A DNA stretch of 49,698 bases from Draconibacterium orientale (lineage in GTDB: Bacteria > Bacteroidota > Bacteroidia > Bacteroidales > FEN-979), in assembly GCA_020719165.1 (NCBI GenBank), contig DYQT01000002.1, forward strand, positions 1-49,698, written 5' to 3'. Position 1 is the first letter of the stretch. Every line of letters begins with the position of its first letter. Positions 33,965 to 43,145 of this stretch are shown one piece after another. The notes beneath the pieces were generated by a model. That model was not told the DNA's origin. It saw only the letters and a list, made by a program, of their open reading frames with translations, and did not search any database. Both the position numbers and the translations under genes were made by a program.

Positions 33965-34364
33965 ATTGTTTTGGTTTTTTCATTGGTGGCAATGGCGGGT
34001 TTCTCATTTTGGGAACTCCGTACTTATTCTCGGGAAGATGATCGCGTGTTGGTAAGCAACAATGATTAAGAAATTTTATCCATTGATATTCTGCGCATTC
34101 TGTCGCTTCTTTAAAAGATTTGAAGTTACTTTTATAAAATGGATGGTCAGTTGATTTTACTGGGAAAAACATGCTTAAATGATAAAATAAAGAGCCTGCC
34201 TGATCTTCAATCCGGTTTATCAATGCTATTTTAATTGATCTGTACATCGCTATTCTTGCCCATCTTCCTTTTTCATCTGATTTTTCGGTAAATGAATACC
34301 TTGGAATCCAAGAAATCTCTGCTGCTAAGATTGAGTAATCAATTATTGTCTTTTTTTCGTTCAT
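33963..34364 (-). CDS. Hypothetical protein
   Basis: 133-aa ORF. Confidence 0.6.
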   Translation of the reverse strand: MNEKKTIIDYSILAAEISWIPRYSFTEKSDEKGRWARIAMYRSIKIALINRIEDQAGSLFYHLSMFFPVKSTDHPFYKSNFKSFKEATECAEYQWIKFLNHCCLPTRDHLPENKYGVPKMRNPPLPPMKKPKQ

Positions 34365-34618
34365 TATTTGTATATTTTATTTTCCATAAAAAAACAACCA
34401 GTGGCAAATTCAGCTGCAAGCGCATATCCAGTTAGGTCATCACCGATGTCACGTAACTTTTTAGCATTAAATAAAATATCATCTTTATTAATTACTTCGA
34501 TTGCATTTGTTTCAATGAAACGCTCAACGATTTCTTTTGATGTCATTTCATGAAGTAATTTCTTGTTTTCGAAATCACGAATGAACGCTGCGAATGTTTC
34601 TAAATTAGCTATATCCAT
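34364..34618 (-). CDS. Hypothetical protein
   Basis: 84-aa ORF with a 1-nt overlap with the next gene. Confidence 0.6.
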   Translation of the reverse strand: MDIANLETFAAFIRDFENKKLLHEMTSKEIVERFIETNAIEVINKDDILFNAKKLRDIGDDLTGYALAAEFATGCFFMENKIYK

Positions 34619-34651
34619 TGTTTTTTTAACTATTAGATAATTTTGACAATT

Positions 34652-34894
34652 TTATATTTCAGCCAGTTTATTTATTTCGCTGAAATGTCTTTGATACAAT
34701 CGAATTGTTTTTTCAAGTTCATCTATTTTGGTTTTTTGTTTATCAATATAGTACATGATTGCTTGATCATGTTTACTTGCTGTTAAATTATTGATAGCGT
34801 CTAATGCAGCGTACCATTCCGGATCGTGAATTGCTAAAGCCATGTTCCCGTGGCGTTTGAGGCACATCGATGCGCACAAAGGTTGCGCTTCCAA
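34652..34894 (-). CDS. Hypothetical protein (start probably the internal Met MALAIHDPEW)
   Basis: 80-aa ORF that overlaps 34788..34979 in another frame. Confidence 0.45.
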   Translation of the reverse strand: MEAQPLCASMCLKRHGNMALAIHDPEWYAALDAINNLTASKHDQAIMYYIDKQKTKIDELEKTIRLYQRHFSEINKLAEI

Positions 34895-34979
34895 CGGTTT
34901 GTTCTGTTACTTTACCGGCGATGCGTTGATGTCCGAACAGTTCTACGACTGCATTTAATTCGAGTTTTTCAGTGTTCAT
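34788..34979 (-). CDS. Hypothetical protein
   Basis: 63-aa ORF. The N-terminal part (VELFGHQRIAGKVTEQTVGSATFVRIDVP) looks protein-like. Confidence 0.5.
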   Translation of the reverse strand: MNTEKLELNAVVELFGHQRIAGKVTEQTVGSATFVRIDVPQTPREHGFSNSRSGMVRCIRRYQ

Positions 34980-35221
34980 TTTTTCTCCTTTCTTTCATTT
35001 ATTTCGTTTGTCCTGATGCACCGATAAGCCTTTACCGGGTATAAGTCATGATCTTCAGCCACCATGAAGTCGAGGCCGATGGTAAGGATGTTGCCGTTTT
35101 TGTCAACGCATAGGATCTTCTGATCCAGGCGAAACCCGCCTATTCTGGATTGCGCCTTATTTATCCATTCCCGCTTGTTATGGAAGGTGGTTATCTCTTC
35201 CACTTGAATTTCGATTGTCAT
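34976..35221 (-). CDS. Hypothetical protein
   Basis: 81-aa ORF with ATGA-type overlaps on both sides. Confidence 0.6.
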   Translation of the reverse strand: MTIEIQVEEITTFHNKREWINKAQSRIGGFRLDQKILCVDKNGNILTIGLDFMVAEDHDLYPVKAYRCIRTNEINERKEKK

Positions 35222-35613
35222 TTCTTTTCCTCCTTTTCTTTGTTGGGTTCAATTTCAAGTAGCTTAAAGGCAATGCTCCTCATATCTGCGAGGTGTTTAT
35301 CCTGGGCAATGATTTTCCCCTGGATCAGGTTTTCATTTTCGGTTACGATATGCTGCTTGGAAGCATACTCAACCATGAGCTTGAGGAACACATCAAAAAG
35401 CCGGGTACTCATCTTCATGAAGGGCTTTATCCTCCCCGTTGCATCTTTTACGCCGCCTGAGCGGATAAAAGTATCCGATTCGTGCCTCATGATACCTTGA
35501 AACGCAGGATCATCAGAGTGAGTGGTATAGAATACATCTGTGTTTGACTGTTCATCGACAAACCACACATCAATAGTGAGGTCGTCAAAACGTTGATTTA
35601 CGTATAAGTTCAT
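35218..35613 (-). CDS. Hypothetical protein
   Basis: 131-aa ORF. Confidence 0.6.
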   Translation of the reverse strand: MNLYVNQRFDDLTIDVWFVDEQSNTDVFYTTHSDDPAFQGIMRHESDTFIRSGGVKDATGRIKPFMKMSTRLFDVFLKLMVEYASKQHIVTENENLIQGKIIAQDKHLADMRSIAFKLLEIEPNKEKEEKK

Positions 35614-35699
35614 GTCGGTTTATTTTTAAATGTTAGTTAGAATGTTGCAGTTATAAGTACATTAGGGTCAAGAAAGAGATTCCTTCCTGACCCGTTTTG

Positions 35700-36086
35700 T
35701 TACTTCTTCAATTCTCCCATTACTCCTCTGTTCATTCGATCACAGACCCTTTCCTTACAGGCATCCAAAAACATTTGAAGACCAGCAATCATCTTTTTAT
35801 TCTGTGGTGATGGGAAACGATTGTTTAGTTTCACGCACCTATCCATGAGGACAAGTGCAAGCTGTTCAGACTGCAATCCTGGTCTCATTTTACCGTCATT
35901 TCTCTTATAAACAAAGCTCACTTGATCTTCCTGATCGAGATAGATTGGTTTCTGAGTTTCAGGATCAAATCCCATTGACAGTTTGCAGAAGTAATTATGA
36001 GCACCCCCGTAAATGTCTTCTGAATCATTTACCCTGATGGTTTTTTGCTCACTTGGGAAAACTGTTGCATCTATAATTTTATCCAT
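35700..36086 (-). CDS. Hypothetical conserved-looking phage protein
   Basis: 128-aa ORF. The C-terminal helix pattern (LALVLMDRCVKLNNRF...LQMFLDACKERVCDRMNRGVMGE) resembles a widespread small phage protein family that I cannot name with confidence. Confidence 0.6.
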   Translation of the reverse strand: MDKIIDATVFPSEQKTIRVNDSEDIYGGAHNYFCKLSMGFDPETQKPIYLDQEDQVSFVYKRNDGKMRPGLQSEQLALVLMDRCVKLNNRFPSPQNKKMIAGLQMFLDACKERVCDRMNRGVMGELKK

Positions 36087-36217
36087 TTAATTATTTTTTC
36101 CTGCCCCTAATGTGTCAGTAACAGCAAGCTAACACATCGAAGCATTGTTTTTATTTGATTATGGCCATGCTGTTACTGGCCGGTTCATTGTGCACAAGTT
36201 TACAACTGCGATTTTCG

Positions 36218-36391
36218 TTAATCCTGTTGTTTTTTGCCGTGTCGGCAAGGTTTACACTGCATAATATTGCATAGGTGAAGGCTGGCATTCGTGTTCGTGT
36301 TCGTATAGTTGTAATTCGAATTCGAAAAATCGAACCTGGAACCGGAGGAAAGAACTGACAGCTGGGCAGCATACAACCTTGGAATTTGGGT
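36218..36391 (-). pseudogene. Diverged tandem copy of the 3' end of gene 36392..36940, in frame behind its TAA stop
   Basis: The DNA block ~36262-36356 aligns with ~36458-36550. Read in the parental frame after the TAA it gives TQIPRLYAAQLSVLSSGSRFDFSNSNYNYTNTNTNASLHLC..., against parental ..PRYEVYHYLLSSGSGFDFSHSVYGYTYANADAGLRLC.. Confidence 0.6.
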
Positions 36392-36940
36392 TTACAATTT
36401 CATATCTTTCCATAGGTCATCAAACTGATCCTTGATGTAATTAGATTTCTCCTCTGAATGTGTGCAAAGGCGAAGGCCGGCATCCGCGTTCGCGTACGTA
36501 TAGCCGTAAACCGAATGCGAGAAATCGAACCCGGAACCGGAGGAAAGAAGATAATGGTATACCTCATAACGTGGTTGCAACTTGCCGTTTTTCACAGGCA
36601 TCCAGCCATCATTAATGGCGAGATAAACGATCTCAAGTTTATACCTTGCAATGATGTCCTTTGCATGGACATCTTCGAGGCCTGTAATACCAGGTAATGT
36701 AGCCAGCATATTCAGTTTATAGCAGGCATCTTCGAACGATTTGATTGTTCTGAAATCAAATACAGGCTTTGCTTTTTCTGTTGTTTCGTTGTAGAAATCC
36801 TCATAGGTTTTTAATCGGTCTGTTATTTTTTCTGAAAATGTTCCAGCTCCAAAGGCGTTGATCAGTACCTGACGAAACCATTCAGGCGTTGATTTGAATT
36901 GTTTTTTGGCTTCTGCCTTGTCAAGTTTTAATGTTGCCAT
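36392..36940 (-). CDS. Hypothetical protein
   Basis: 182-aa ORF. Confidence 0.65.
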   Translation of the reverse strand: MATLKLDKAEAKKQFKSTPEWFRQVLINAFGAGTFSEKITDRLKTYEDFYNETTEKAKPVFDFRTIKSFEDACYKLNMLATLPGITGLEDVHAKDIIARYKLEIVYLAINDGWMPVKNGKLQPRYEVYHYLLSSGSGFDFSHSVYGYTYANADAGLRLCTHSEEKSNYIKDQFDDLWKDMKL

Positions 36941-37074
36941 GTTGCTTTTATAAGGGTTAATATTAAAAATAATGTTCCACTGCAGGCCTCTCCCGCTTGA
37001 TGGGGATTTCCTTTTTAATTTTTTCTAATTTTTGTTTTAATTCATCTGGGTTATAATGCTTCTCAATTACCTGA

Positions 37075-37833
37075 TTAACAGTAAGCTGTAACAAGTTGCG
37101 AGGCAGGAACAATATCAGGTACCACCACAGGAGCTGAATCAACTGGCGCCGGATCAGCGACCATGGTTGTTTTCCCATAGTTCTGCTGAATGATGGCTGC
37201 TGCGGCCTGCTTTTTTAATGCTTGTTTGACATTATATTTCAGGTTTTTGGCCTTTGTTGCACATTTCTTAGAACAATACTTTATTTTCGGTTTTTTGTCA
37301 AATTTATTTCCACATACGGGACATATATCTTCCGTTAACTCCTGTGGTTTCATGCTCGATGGCCGGCACTCCTTTGAACAATAAAGATTGTTTTTATTCT
37401 CTTGCTTGAAAGGTTTATTACAAGTTGGGCACACGATTGTTTCAGATGGTACTTTGTAGTTCTTGTGGCAAACCTTTGAACAGAATGTTTGATCTTTACG
37501 TTTTTTGATAAAAAGTTTATTACATCCCGGGCATACAATAGATTGAACACCTACAAAATCATATAGCTTAACAGGCTTTTTTGATTCAGTTAATACAACT
37601 TCAACTGCTTTGAATTTGTCGGCCTGCGAATCGATACATGCCTGAATCTCCTCTTCTGAATTCATTTTTAATGCACGAATGTTCACATTGCGTTGAAACA
37701 ATTCTTTCTCGGGTTCAGGTGGTTGCTGAGCAGTTGTTTCAATTTTAAAATCTTGAAGTAAGCAATGAAATACCTGGCGCATTTCATCAAGTGTTTCAAA
37801 CTGGAAAGAGAGGTCGATTTTCATAATTTGCAA
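37075..37833 (-). CDS. Protein with three tandem zinc-ribbon modules
   Basis: CPGCNKLF..x..FCSKVC, CPTCNKPF..x..YCSKEC and CPVCGNKF..x..YCSKKC are repeated at regular spacing. Confidence 0.65.
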   Translation of the reverse strand: MQIMKIDLSFQFETLDEMRQVFHCLLQDFKIETTAQQPPEPEKELFQRNVNIRALKMNSEEEIQACIDSQADKFKAVEVVLTESKKPVKLYDFVGVQSIVCPGCNKLFIKKRKDQTFCSKVCHKNYKVPSETIVCPTCNKPFKQENKNNLYCSKECRPSSMKPQELTEDICPVCGNKFDKKPKIKYCSKKCATKAKNLKYNVKQALKKQAAAAIIQQNYGKTTMVADPAPVDSAPVVVPDIVPASQLVTAYC

Positions 37834-37834
37834 T

Positions 37835-38104
37835 TTAATTAACGTTTAATGCAACTTTATTGGCGTTTTGTGTATGATTATTGGTATTTTTTGTGTCATT
37901 TTGAGTGTCAAGTTCAGAAATGACTTCATTCAACATTGCCAGTCCATGTTCCCATGCCGGAAGCATCCAGGGCATTTTACGATGCTTTACATAAACCTCT
38001 CCTTTTTCAACCGCGATCAGATGTTCGTATGCTTCTTTACGATTTTGGCGTGATGATGCCGGTAATGAGCGGAAGAATTCCTTGATGTCCATATAATTAT
38101 TCAT
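37835..38104 (-). CDS. Hypothetical protein
   Basis: 89-aa ORF. Confidence 0.55.
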   Translation of the reverse strand: MNNYMDIKEFFRSLPASSRQNRKEAYEHLIAVEKGEVYVKHRKMPWMLPAWEHGLAMLNEVISELDTQNDTKNTNNHTQNANKVALNVN

Positions 38105-38111
38105 ATCTGAT

Positions 38112-38339
38112 TTATCTTTTTACAAATACCCTTTGATCGTTAATGAAGGGTATGAGAAATGTTGATTTTAAATTTTCCGAAACTTTGTAAACATCATAAT
38201 GCTCTGTTTTAACTCTTTTGATCAAAAATTCCATCCTTAAATTCAACCTTCCATTGAGGATAAAATCATGGATGGTTGCCAGCCGATATTCATCTGGCAA
38301 TTTGTCATAGTATGGCCATCCATTTTGATCAGTTTTCAA
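38112..38339 (-). CDS. Hypothetical protein
   Basis: 75-aa ORF, first gene after the iteron region. Confidence 0.55.
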   Translation of the reverse strand: MKTDQNGWPYYDKLPDEYRLATIHDFILNGRLNLRMEFLIKRVKTEHYDVYKVSENLKSTFLIPFINDQRVFVKR

Positions 38340-38373
38340 TTTTTATTTTATTTTAGTTTGGCGGTAATTTACC

Positions 38374-38637
38374 GTTCCAACGTTCCAACGTTCCAACAAA
38401 ACACTATTTTATAGCTTAACCAACTGAATATTAGCACATGTTTGTTTTGATGCATGTTCCAACGGCTGTTGGAACGGCAAAATGGTTCCAACAGAATTTA
38501 AAAAAAATGAGAAACGTGTTCCAACAGGTTCCAACAAAAAAACAACGTTCCAACACAGAGACAAAAACATAAAATACAGAAATAGAACATTATATATTTT
38601 TATATGCGCTTTTGTTGGAACGTTGGAACGTTGGAAC
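38374..38637. repeat. Iteron cluster / putative replication origin
   Basis: 12 copies of the octamer GTTCCAAC. Three tandem direct copies lie at 38374-38397. Singles or pairs lie at 38456, 38468 (inverted), 38485, 38518, 38528 and 38547. Three tandem inverted copies lie at 38614-38637. An AT-rich stretch spans 38575-38610. The cluster sits immediately 3' of the primase/helicase gene. Confidence 0.75.
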
Positions 38638-38670
38638 GAACTTTTACCGTAGAGATTTTTAGTTTTATTT

Positions 38671-41600
38671 TCAGAATGGCAGGTCATTTTGAAGATTTTT
38701 GGGTTGCGACAAATTGTCAGACATGTTCATGTTCAATGATGTTTGATCTGCAATTTTTATTCTTTGCAGGTCAATGCCCATTGCCTCGATGACTTTATAA
38801 TCCAGGGCAACGCAACTGGTATTGCGCTCTCCTTTTTCGATGATTCTTTGATTTGTGCCGGTGATAGGATCAGATCTCCATGATTCGGTCTGGTATTCGA
38901 ACCGGTGTGATTTAATCTGGCCGATGTATGAAGGATGATCTTTAAGATACGCACGAAGGGAAGCCAGTTTTAAACTCTCGGTGTTATGCATTTTCTGATA
39001 ACTGACAATGATATCGTTGATGATGATCCAAAGAATTTTTTTAGGTTCGCCATTCCAGTACAATTCATCTGTTTCAGTTTTGGATATCTGGACAGTTACT
39101 CTTGTTTCCAGTGAAATATCGAATTCCCTACCGGATAGAATCCTTCCCTGCGCATATTCCATTCCGATAAAATTGAAAAAAAGCGCCAGCCGGTTGCTGG
39201 TACTCAGCTCTTCGCTTTGCCTGGTAATTTGTCGTTTGGCATCCTCATAGAATTCGGAAAATTTGAAAGGTAAAGGCAAATCCTTTACAAAATCCTCCCA
39301 TAGTTTGGACACGGCAATAAACAGGCTCACCGTATTGATTATACGGGTTTGATAGGTGCCTCCTTCAGCCTGAATATCTTTCTTTACCTGCTTTTGGGCA
39401 TCGCGCATATAGGCTGCAAAGTGTTTATGCACGATCGGTTTTCTGCGGATGATCTCCAATACTATATTGCTTAGTCCATCACGCTCCCGGTCCTTTAAAT
39501 CTGTGTACATAAGTACCTCCTCGTTGGTCCAATCATCTTTTTTGGGAACATGTTTTAGCACCACCCGGTTACCCAGGGCGCCATCGTCGCGCTCAGGCCC
39601 TTCCTGACCCAGTAAAACAAGACTGCAGAGAATTTTAGAAACATCAATGTCCTTGCTGGTGGCATCTTTGCGCTTTTGCTTTCCTTCGCCATCATATACA
39701 GAAGCTTTCAGCCCCTGGAACTTGATATCTGATATCTGGTAATCATTGTACTCTTCGGTGATCACCGGGATGTCGCAGAAGCGTTCCATGGTGGTAAAAA
39801 ATGCAGCATCGGTACCAGAGTTCAGGTTGAACAATGGTGCGCCATACATGAATGGAGCGCGGATGCTTTCGGCAATTCTTGATTTACCAGACTCCGTTGG
39901 GCCAATGAAAAACAGAGCCGTAAAAAATCGTTCAATGGGGAATATGGTGCTGCGGTTTGCAGAAAGGATGGTGAAAAGTAATGCCCACATGCCGTTGTTG
40001 TTGTACTGATAAACCTTATGCATCAGGGTTGACCATTCGAGCCATGAGGTGCGCTGATCAGGCTTGTACACCAGGAACCGGTCATATTGGTAACGGTCGC
40101 TGTCGGAGCGACGATCCTTGTAAATTTTGCTGAACGCCGGTGAGTAATAGGTGACATTTTTGAACTTTACCAGACCAAGTTCATCAACTGATGTGAAATG
40201 GTTATCGGCAATGATGCCATTTGAAAAAGCGAAAAACTGTTCCTGTTGCCATCCGAAGGTGGAGAATTCCCAGCATTTAGGGAATTGCAGGGCATTACTT
40301 TCCATTATCTTCTCATGATGGTACTGCTTGCCATTGCTGAAGATGTAACCACCAACATTCCACAGGAACTTCTTGAATTGTGATAACTCGACCTGATCTG
40401 AACTTTTGAATTCAACATATTCGGCGGTGTTCAACTCGCTGTGGAATAGTTCAACGATTCTTTTATTCTTATTAGGATCGTCATCGTACACCTGAAACAG
40501 CGGTTCGAGGTAAAAGTTTCCCACCTTTACCAGGGTATTATCCAGGGTACGGAAAACATAAAATATTTTATTGCCGGTTTTGTTCTGTGCCGGGAAGAAA
40601 CCATACCGCTGAAAAAACTGCTGATCAACGTAATCTGGCAGGTGGGCAATGTCGAAAACAAACTGCTGATCATCGATCACTACCTGTTCCTGCTGCTGAA
40701 CAGCCAGGTTCTTACGCTTCTCTACAAATGGGCGCAAAACCTTTGAAAAGGATGCGGCTGGCAGGTTGAACTTCTTGGCAATTTCATTGGTTTTGATATG
40801 GATGATGGTATTGTCGAGCTTTGACAAAAACTCGGCAACCATTTCCACAAACTTCTTGGATCGCTTGGTGTCGGGCTGACGCATTAAACGATAGGCCAGT
40901 CCGCGCACGTAGAAGTCGAGAAAGTCAATGTAAACTGCAGCATCAGGATCATCGTTATCATCAACGGCAGCAATTTCACGCACTTCAACCCTGAAGCCCT
41001 GTTCTGTGAGCAACCGGCCGGCTTCGGTAAGCGGTGATTCAACATCATTGTCATCTACCACATGCGTGAGCCCTTCCACTTTGACATTTTTTGTCAACTT
41101 AGCCAGGCGAAAAATATCATCTTTTTTGAGTAATCCATCCGGAAGGCTGATGGTGTTTTCCTGACCTTCGGCGTGACGGGCAACCACAGCGCCGGGAGAT
41201 GCCAGCAATATGGCAAACCCTTTTTCCCTGATCGATTCCTCAGAAGCATCGAGGCCAAAGAATCCCGCTTCTTGGTGCTCAATAGCCGGAAGATGTTTCT
41301 TCACGGTTTTTACCAGGTCATCACGGTTTACATCCAGTTTACGGGAGATGTCGCTCAGCAGGTACCCGCGTGTTTCTTCGTCGGGCATGAGCGAAATTTG
41401 CGAAACAAGTTCTTTGACCAGGCGTGCCTTCTGCAGCGGATCCTGATCAAGCTGTTCTTTCACCATGTCGATGCGGAATGACACGATATCCTTCCGGTTA
41501 TCTTCGATGAAGTTTGCCAGGGTGGCGGCGCCATATTTGCGCACATACGAATCCGGGTCTTCATCCCCGGGAAGTACTACCAGGTAAACATCCATCCCCA

Positions 41601-42630
41601 TCTGCAATGGGATTTTGATATTTGAAATACTTGCCCTCACCCCGGCGATATCCCCGTCGTAAACGATCGTAAGGCAATTGGTGAGCGATTGGATCATTCG
41701 ACACTGATCTTCGCTCAGGGCGGTTCCTGAACCGGCTACCACGTTCTTGATCCCGGCCAGGTGCCAGCTGATCAGGTCCGTTTGACCTTCAACCAGCAGG
41801 CACTCGTTTTCTTTCATGATATCCCGTTTGGACTGGAATAGTCCATACAGGAATTTACTTTTCTTGAATACATCGGTTTCGGCGGTATGCAGGTACTTGG
41901 CTTTATCCTTCTCTGTTACGAGCAACCTTCCGGTAAAGCCAATCACCCGACCTGAACGGTCTAAAAACGGGAAGATGATGCGTTTATGAAACGCATCGTA
42001 ATAATGGCCTTCGTCATTTTTCTTGATCAAGCCGGCGGCCAGCAACATATCATCGGAGTACCCGGCCTGATGGGCAGCCCGCATGAGGTCGTTGCCGGTA
42101 CCGGCGTAGCCGATGTTGAACAGGTCGATGGCTGCAGCCAGCTCCCGCTTCATGAGATATTCAAGCGCAGGTTTATTTTTCTGAAGGTTGGCGGCAAAAT
42201 ATTCTACGGCCCATTTCAGCACCGCGAATATCCCATCACGGCGCTTTTCGTTTTCAGAATACTCGGCATCGTTTCCATTGAGGGAAATGGTGATCTCGTA
42301 TTTGCCGGCAATGTAGGTAAGCGCTTCAACAAAGCTCATGGCCTCATGTTCGCGCAGGAACTCAATGGAGTCGCCCGACCTTCCGCAGCCAAAACATTTG
42401 TAGATACCCTTCACCGGGTTCACCATGAAGCTCGATGTTTTCTCGTGGTGGAACGGGCAGCAGGCGGTATAATTTACACCCTTCTTTTTTAGCATTACGA
42501 AATCGCCAACGATATCGGCAATTTGGGCGGCATCTTTTATATCTTGGATGTTGGAGATCACTGGGAAGGGTGTAAATAGGTTTACGATTCTATTTGATGG
42601 GTATCGTTTAGCGGAAGGCTTAACTGGCAA
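38671..42630 (-). CDS. DnaG-type primase (CHC2 zinc finger plus Toprim) fused to a large P-loop NTPase/helicase-like C-terminal region
   Basis: CCPFHHEKTSSFMVNPVKGIYKCFGCGRSGD (CHC2 finger), LLVEGQTDLISWH...IVYDGDIAGVRA (Toprim) and FFIGPTESGKSRIAE (Walker A) in the C-terminal half. 1319 aa. Confidence 0.85.
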   Translation of the reverse strand: MPVKPSAKRYPSNRIVNLFTPFPVISNIQDIKDAAQIADIVGDFVMLKKKGVNYTACCPFHHEKTSSFMVNPVKGIYKCFGCGRSGDSIEFLREHEAMSFVEALTYIAGKYEITISLNGNDAEYSENEKRRDGIFAVLKWAVEYFAANLQKNKPALEYLMKRELAAAIDLFNIGYAGTGNDLMRAAHQAGYSDDMLLAAGLIKKNDEGHYYDAFHKRIIFPFLDRSGRVIGFTGRLLVTEKDKAKYLHTAETDVFKKSKFLYGLFQSKRDIMKENECLLVEGQTDLISWHLAGIKNVVAGSGTALSEDQCRMIQSLTNCLTIVYDGDIAGVRASISNIKIPLQMGMDVYLVVLPGDEDPDSYVRKYGAATLANFIEDNRKDIVSFRIDMVKEQLDQDPLQKARLVKELVSQISLMPDEETRGYLLSDISRKLDVNRDDLVKTVKKHLPAIEHQEAGFFGLDASEESIREKGFAILLASPGAVVARHAEGQENTISLPDGLLKKDDIFRLAKLTKNVKVEGLTHVVDDNDVESPLTEAGRLLTEQGFRVEVREIAAVDDNDDPDAAVYIDFLDFYVRGLAYRLMRQPDTKRSKKFVEMVAEFLSKLDNTIIHIKTNEIAKKFNLPAASFSKVLRPFVEKRKNLAVQQQEQVVIDDQQFVFDIAHLPDYVDQQFFQRYGFFPAQNKTGNKIFYVFRTLDNTLVKVGNFYLEPLFQVYDDDPNKNKRIVELFHSELNTAEYVEFKSSDQVELSQFKKFLWNVGGYIFSNGKQYHHEKIMESNALQFPKCWEFSTFGWQQEQFFAFSNGIIADNHFTSVDELGLVKFKNVTYYSPAFSKIYKDRRSDSDRYQYDRFLVYKPDQRTSWLEWSTLMHKVYQYNNNGMWALLFTILSANRSTIFPIERFFTALFFIGPTESGKSRIAESIRAPFMYGAPLFNLNSGTDAAFFTTMERFCDIPVITEEYNDYQISDIKFQGLKASVYDGEGKQKRKDATSKDIDVSKILCSLVLLGQEGPERDDGALGNRVVLKHVPKKDDWTNEEVLMYTDLKDRERDGLSNIVLEIIRRKPIVHKHFAAYMRDAQKQVKKDIQAEGGTYQTRIINTVSLFIAVSKLWEDFVKDLPLPFKFSEFYEDAKRQITRQSEELSTSNRLALFFNFIGMEYAQGRILSGREFDISLETRVTVQISKTETDELYWNGEPKKILWIIINDIIVSYQKMHNTESLKLASLRAYLKDHPSYIGQIKSHRFEYQTESWRSDPITGTNQRIIEKGERNTSCVALDYKVIEAMGIDLQRIKIADQTSLNMNMSDNLSQPKNLQNDLPF

Positions 42631-43121
42631 AACCGTGAATCCATGTAAAGTTTCACGTTTGTTTCTACGCGTTGAATTTCCCTGCCGATGGTTGAATACA
42701 GGTTCTTGAGTTTTTTCAACCGCTGATAGTCAACTTTTATTTGTTGCTCTTGCTCATAACTTCCATAGATGAAATCGAAAACGAGCGATTGATATAGAAT
42801 AAACTTTTCGCGTAGGTGATCAACAATGGTATTCGCATTGATGATCTGGATCCACCGGACAAATCCTTTTTTGCTCAGCAAAACCCGACCATTTTTATCA
42901 ATTTCGCCTAAATCTGTAGACTTTTTCCCCACCAGTTTATTGGTTTGAGACAAGACTGTACTGTTTTTTCCGTACAGTTTGCCTAAAATTGGATCGTTTT
43001 TGATCTTAGTGTACTGGTTTTTCACATCCAGTTTAAAGAAATCGCAAACTGGTTTTATCCAGATATTGCTATTTTGAAACCTTATCGTTTCAGTGAACAT
43101 TATTAATTCAGTGTTTTCCAT
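42582..43121 (-). CDS. P22-antirepressor N-terminal-domain-like protein
   Basis: IWIKPVCDFFKLDVKNQYTKIKNDPILG...GFVRWIQII parallels 46393..46941 (AVKPICEAIGVDYIQQYKNLNDDPILS...IYGWIFSI). Confidence 0.55.
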   Translation of the reverse strand: MENTELIMFTETIRFQNSNIWIKPVCDFFKLDVKNQYTKIKNDPILGKLYGKNSTVLSQTNKLVGKKSTDLGEIDKNGRVLLSKKGFVRWIQIINANTIVDHLREKFILYQSLVFDFIYGSYEQEQQIKVDYQRLKKLKNLYSTIGREIQRVETNVKLYMDSRFCQLSLPLNDTHQIES

Positions 43122-43145
43122 GATTATTTATTTGAATTTTTAATT

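Noticed and set aside
34788-34979. Programmed frameshift fusing ORFs 34788..34979 and 34652..34894
   Set aside because: The two frames overlap by about 100 nt, but I found no slippery heptamer or downstream structure. The second ORF has a plausible own start (MALAIHDPEW), so two overlapping genes is the simpler reading.
36963-37178. 71-aa ORF overlapping the 3' end of the zinc-ribbon gene
   Set aside because: The N-terminal half overlaps 37075..37833 out of frame. The non-overlapping part (..VIEKHYNPDELKQKLEKIKKEIPIKRERPAVEHYF) looks protein-like but has no ATG of its own. I left it uncalled.
38409-38687. 92-aa ORF covering the iteron region
   Set aside because: Its sequence is dictated by the GTTCCAAC repeats (..WNVVFLLEPVGTRF..) and it overlaps the primase gene stop. 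I interpret it as non-coding origin DNA.
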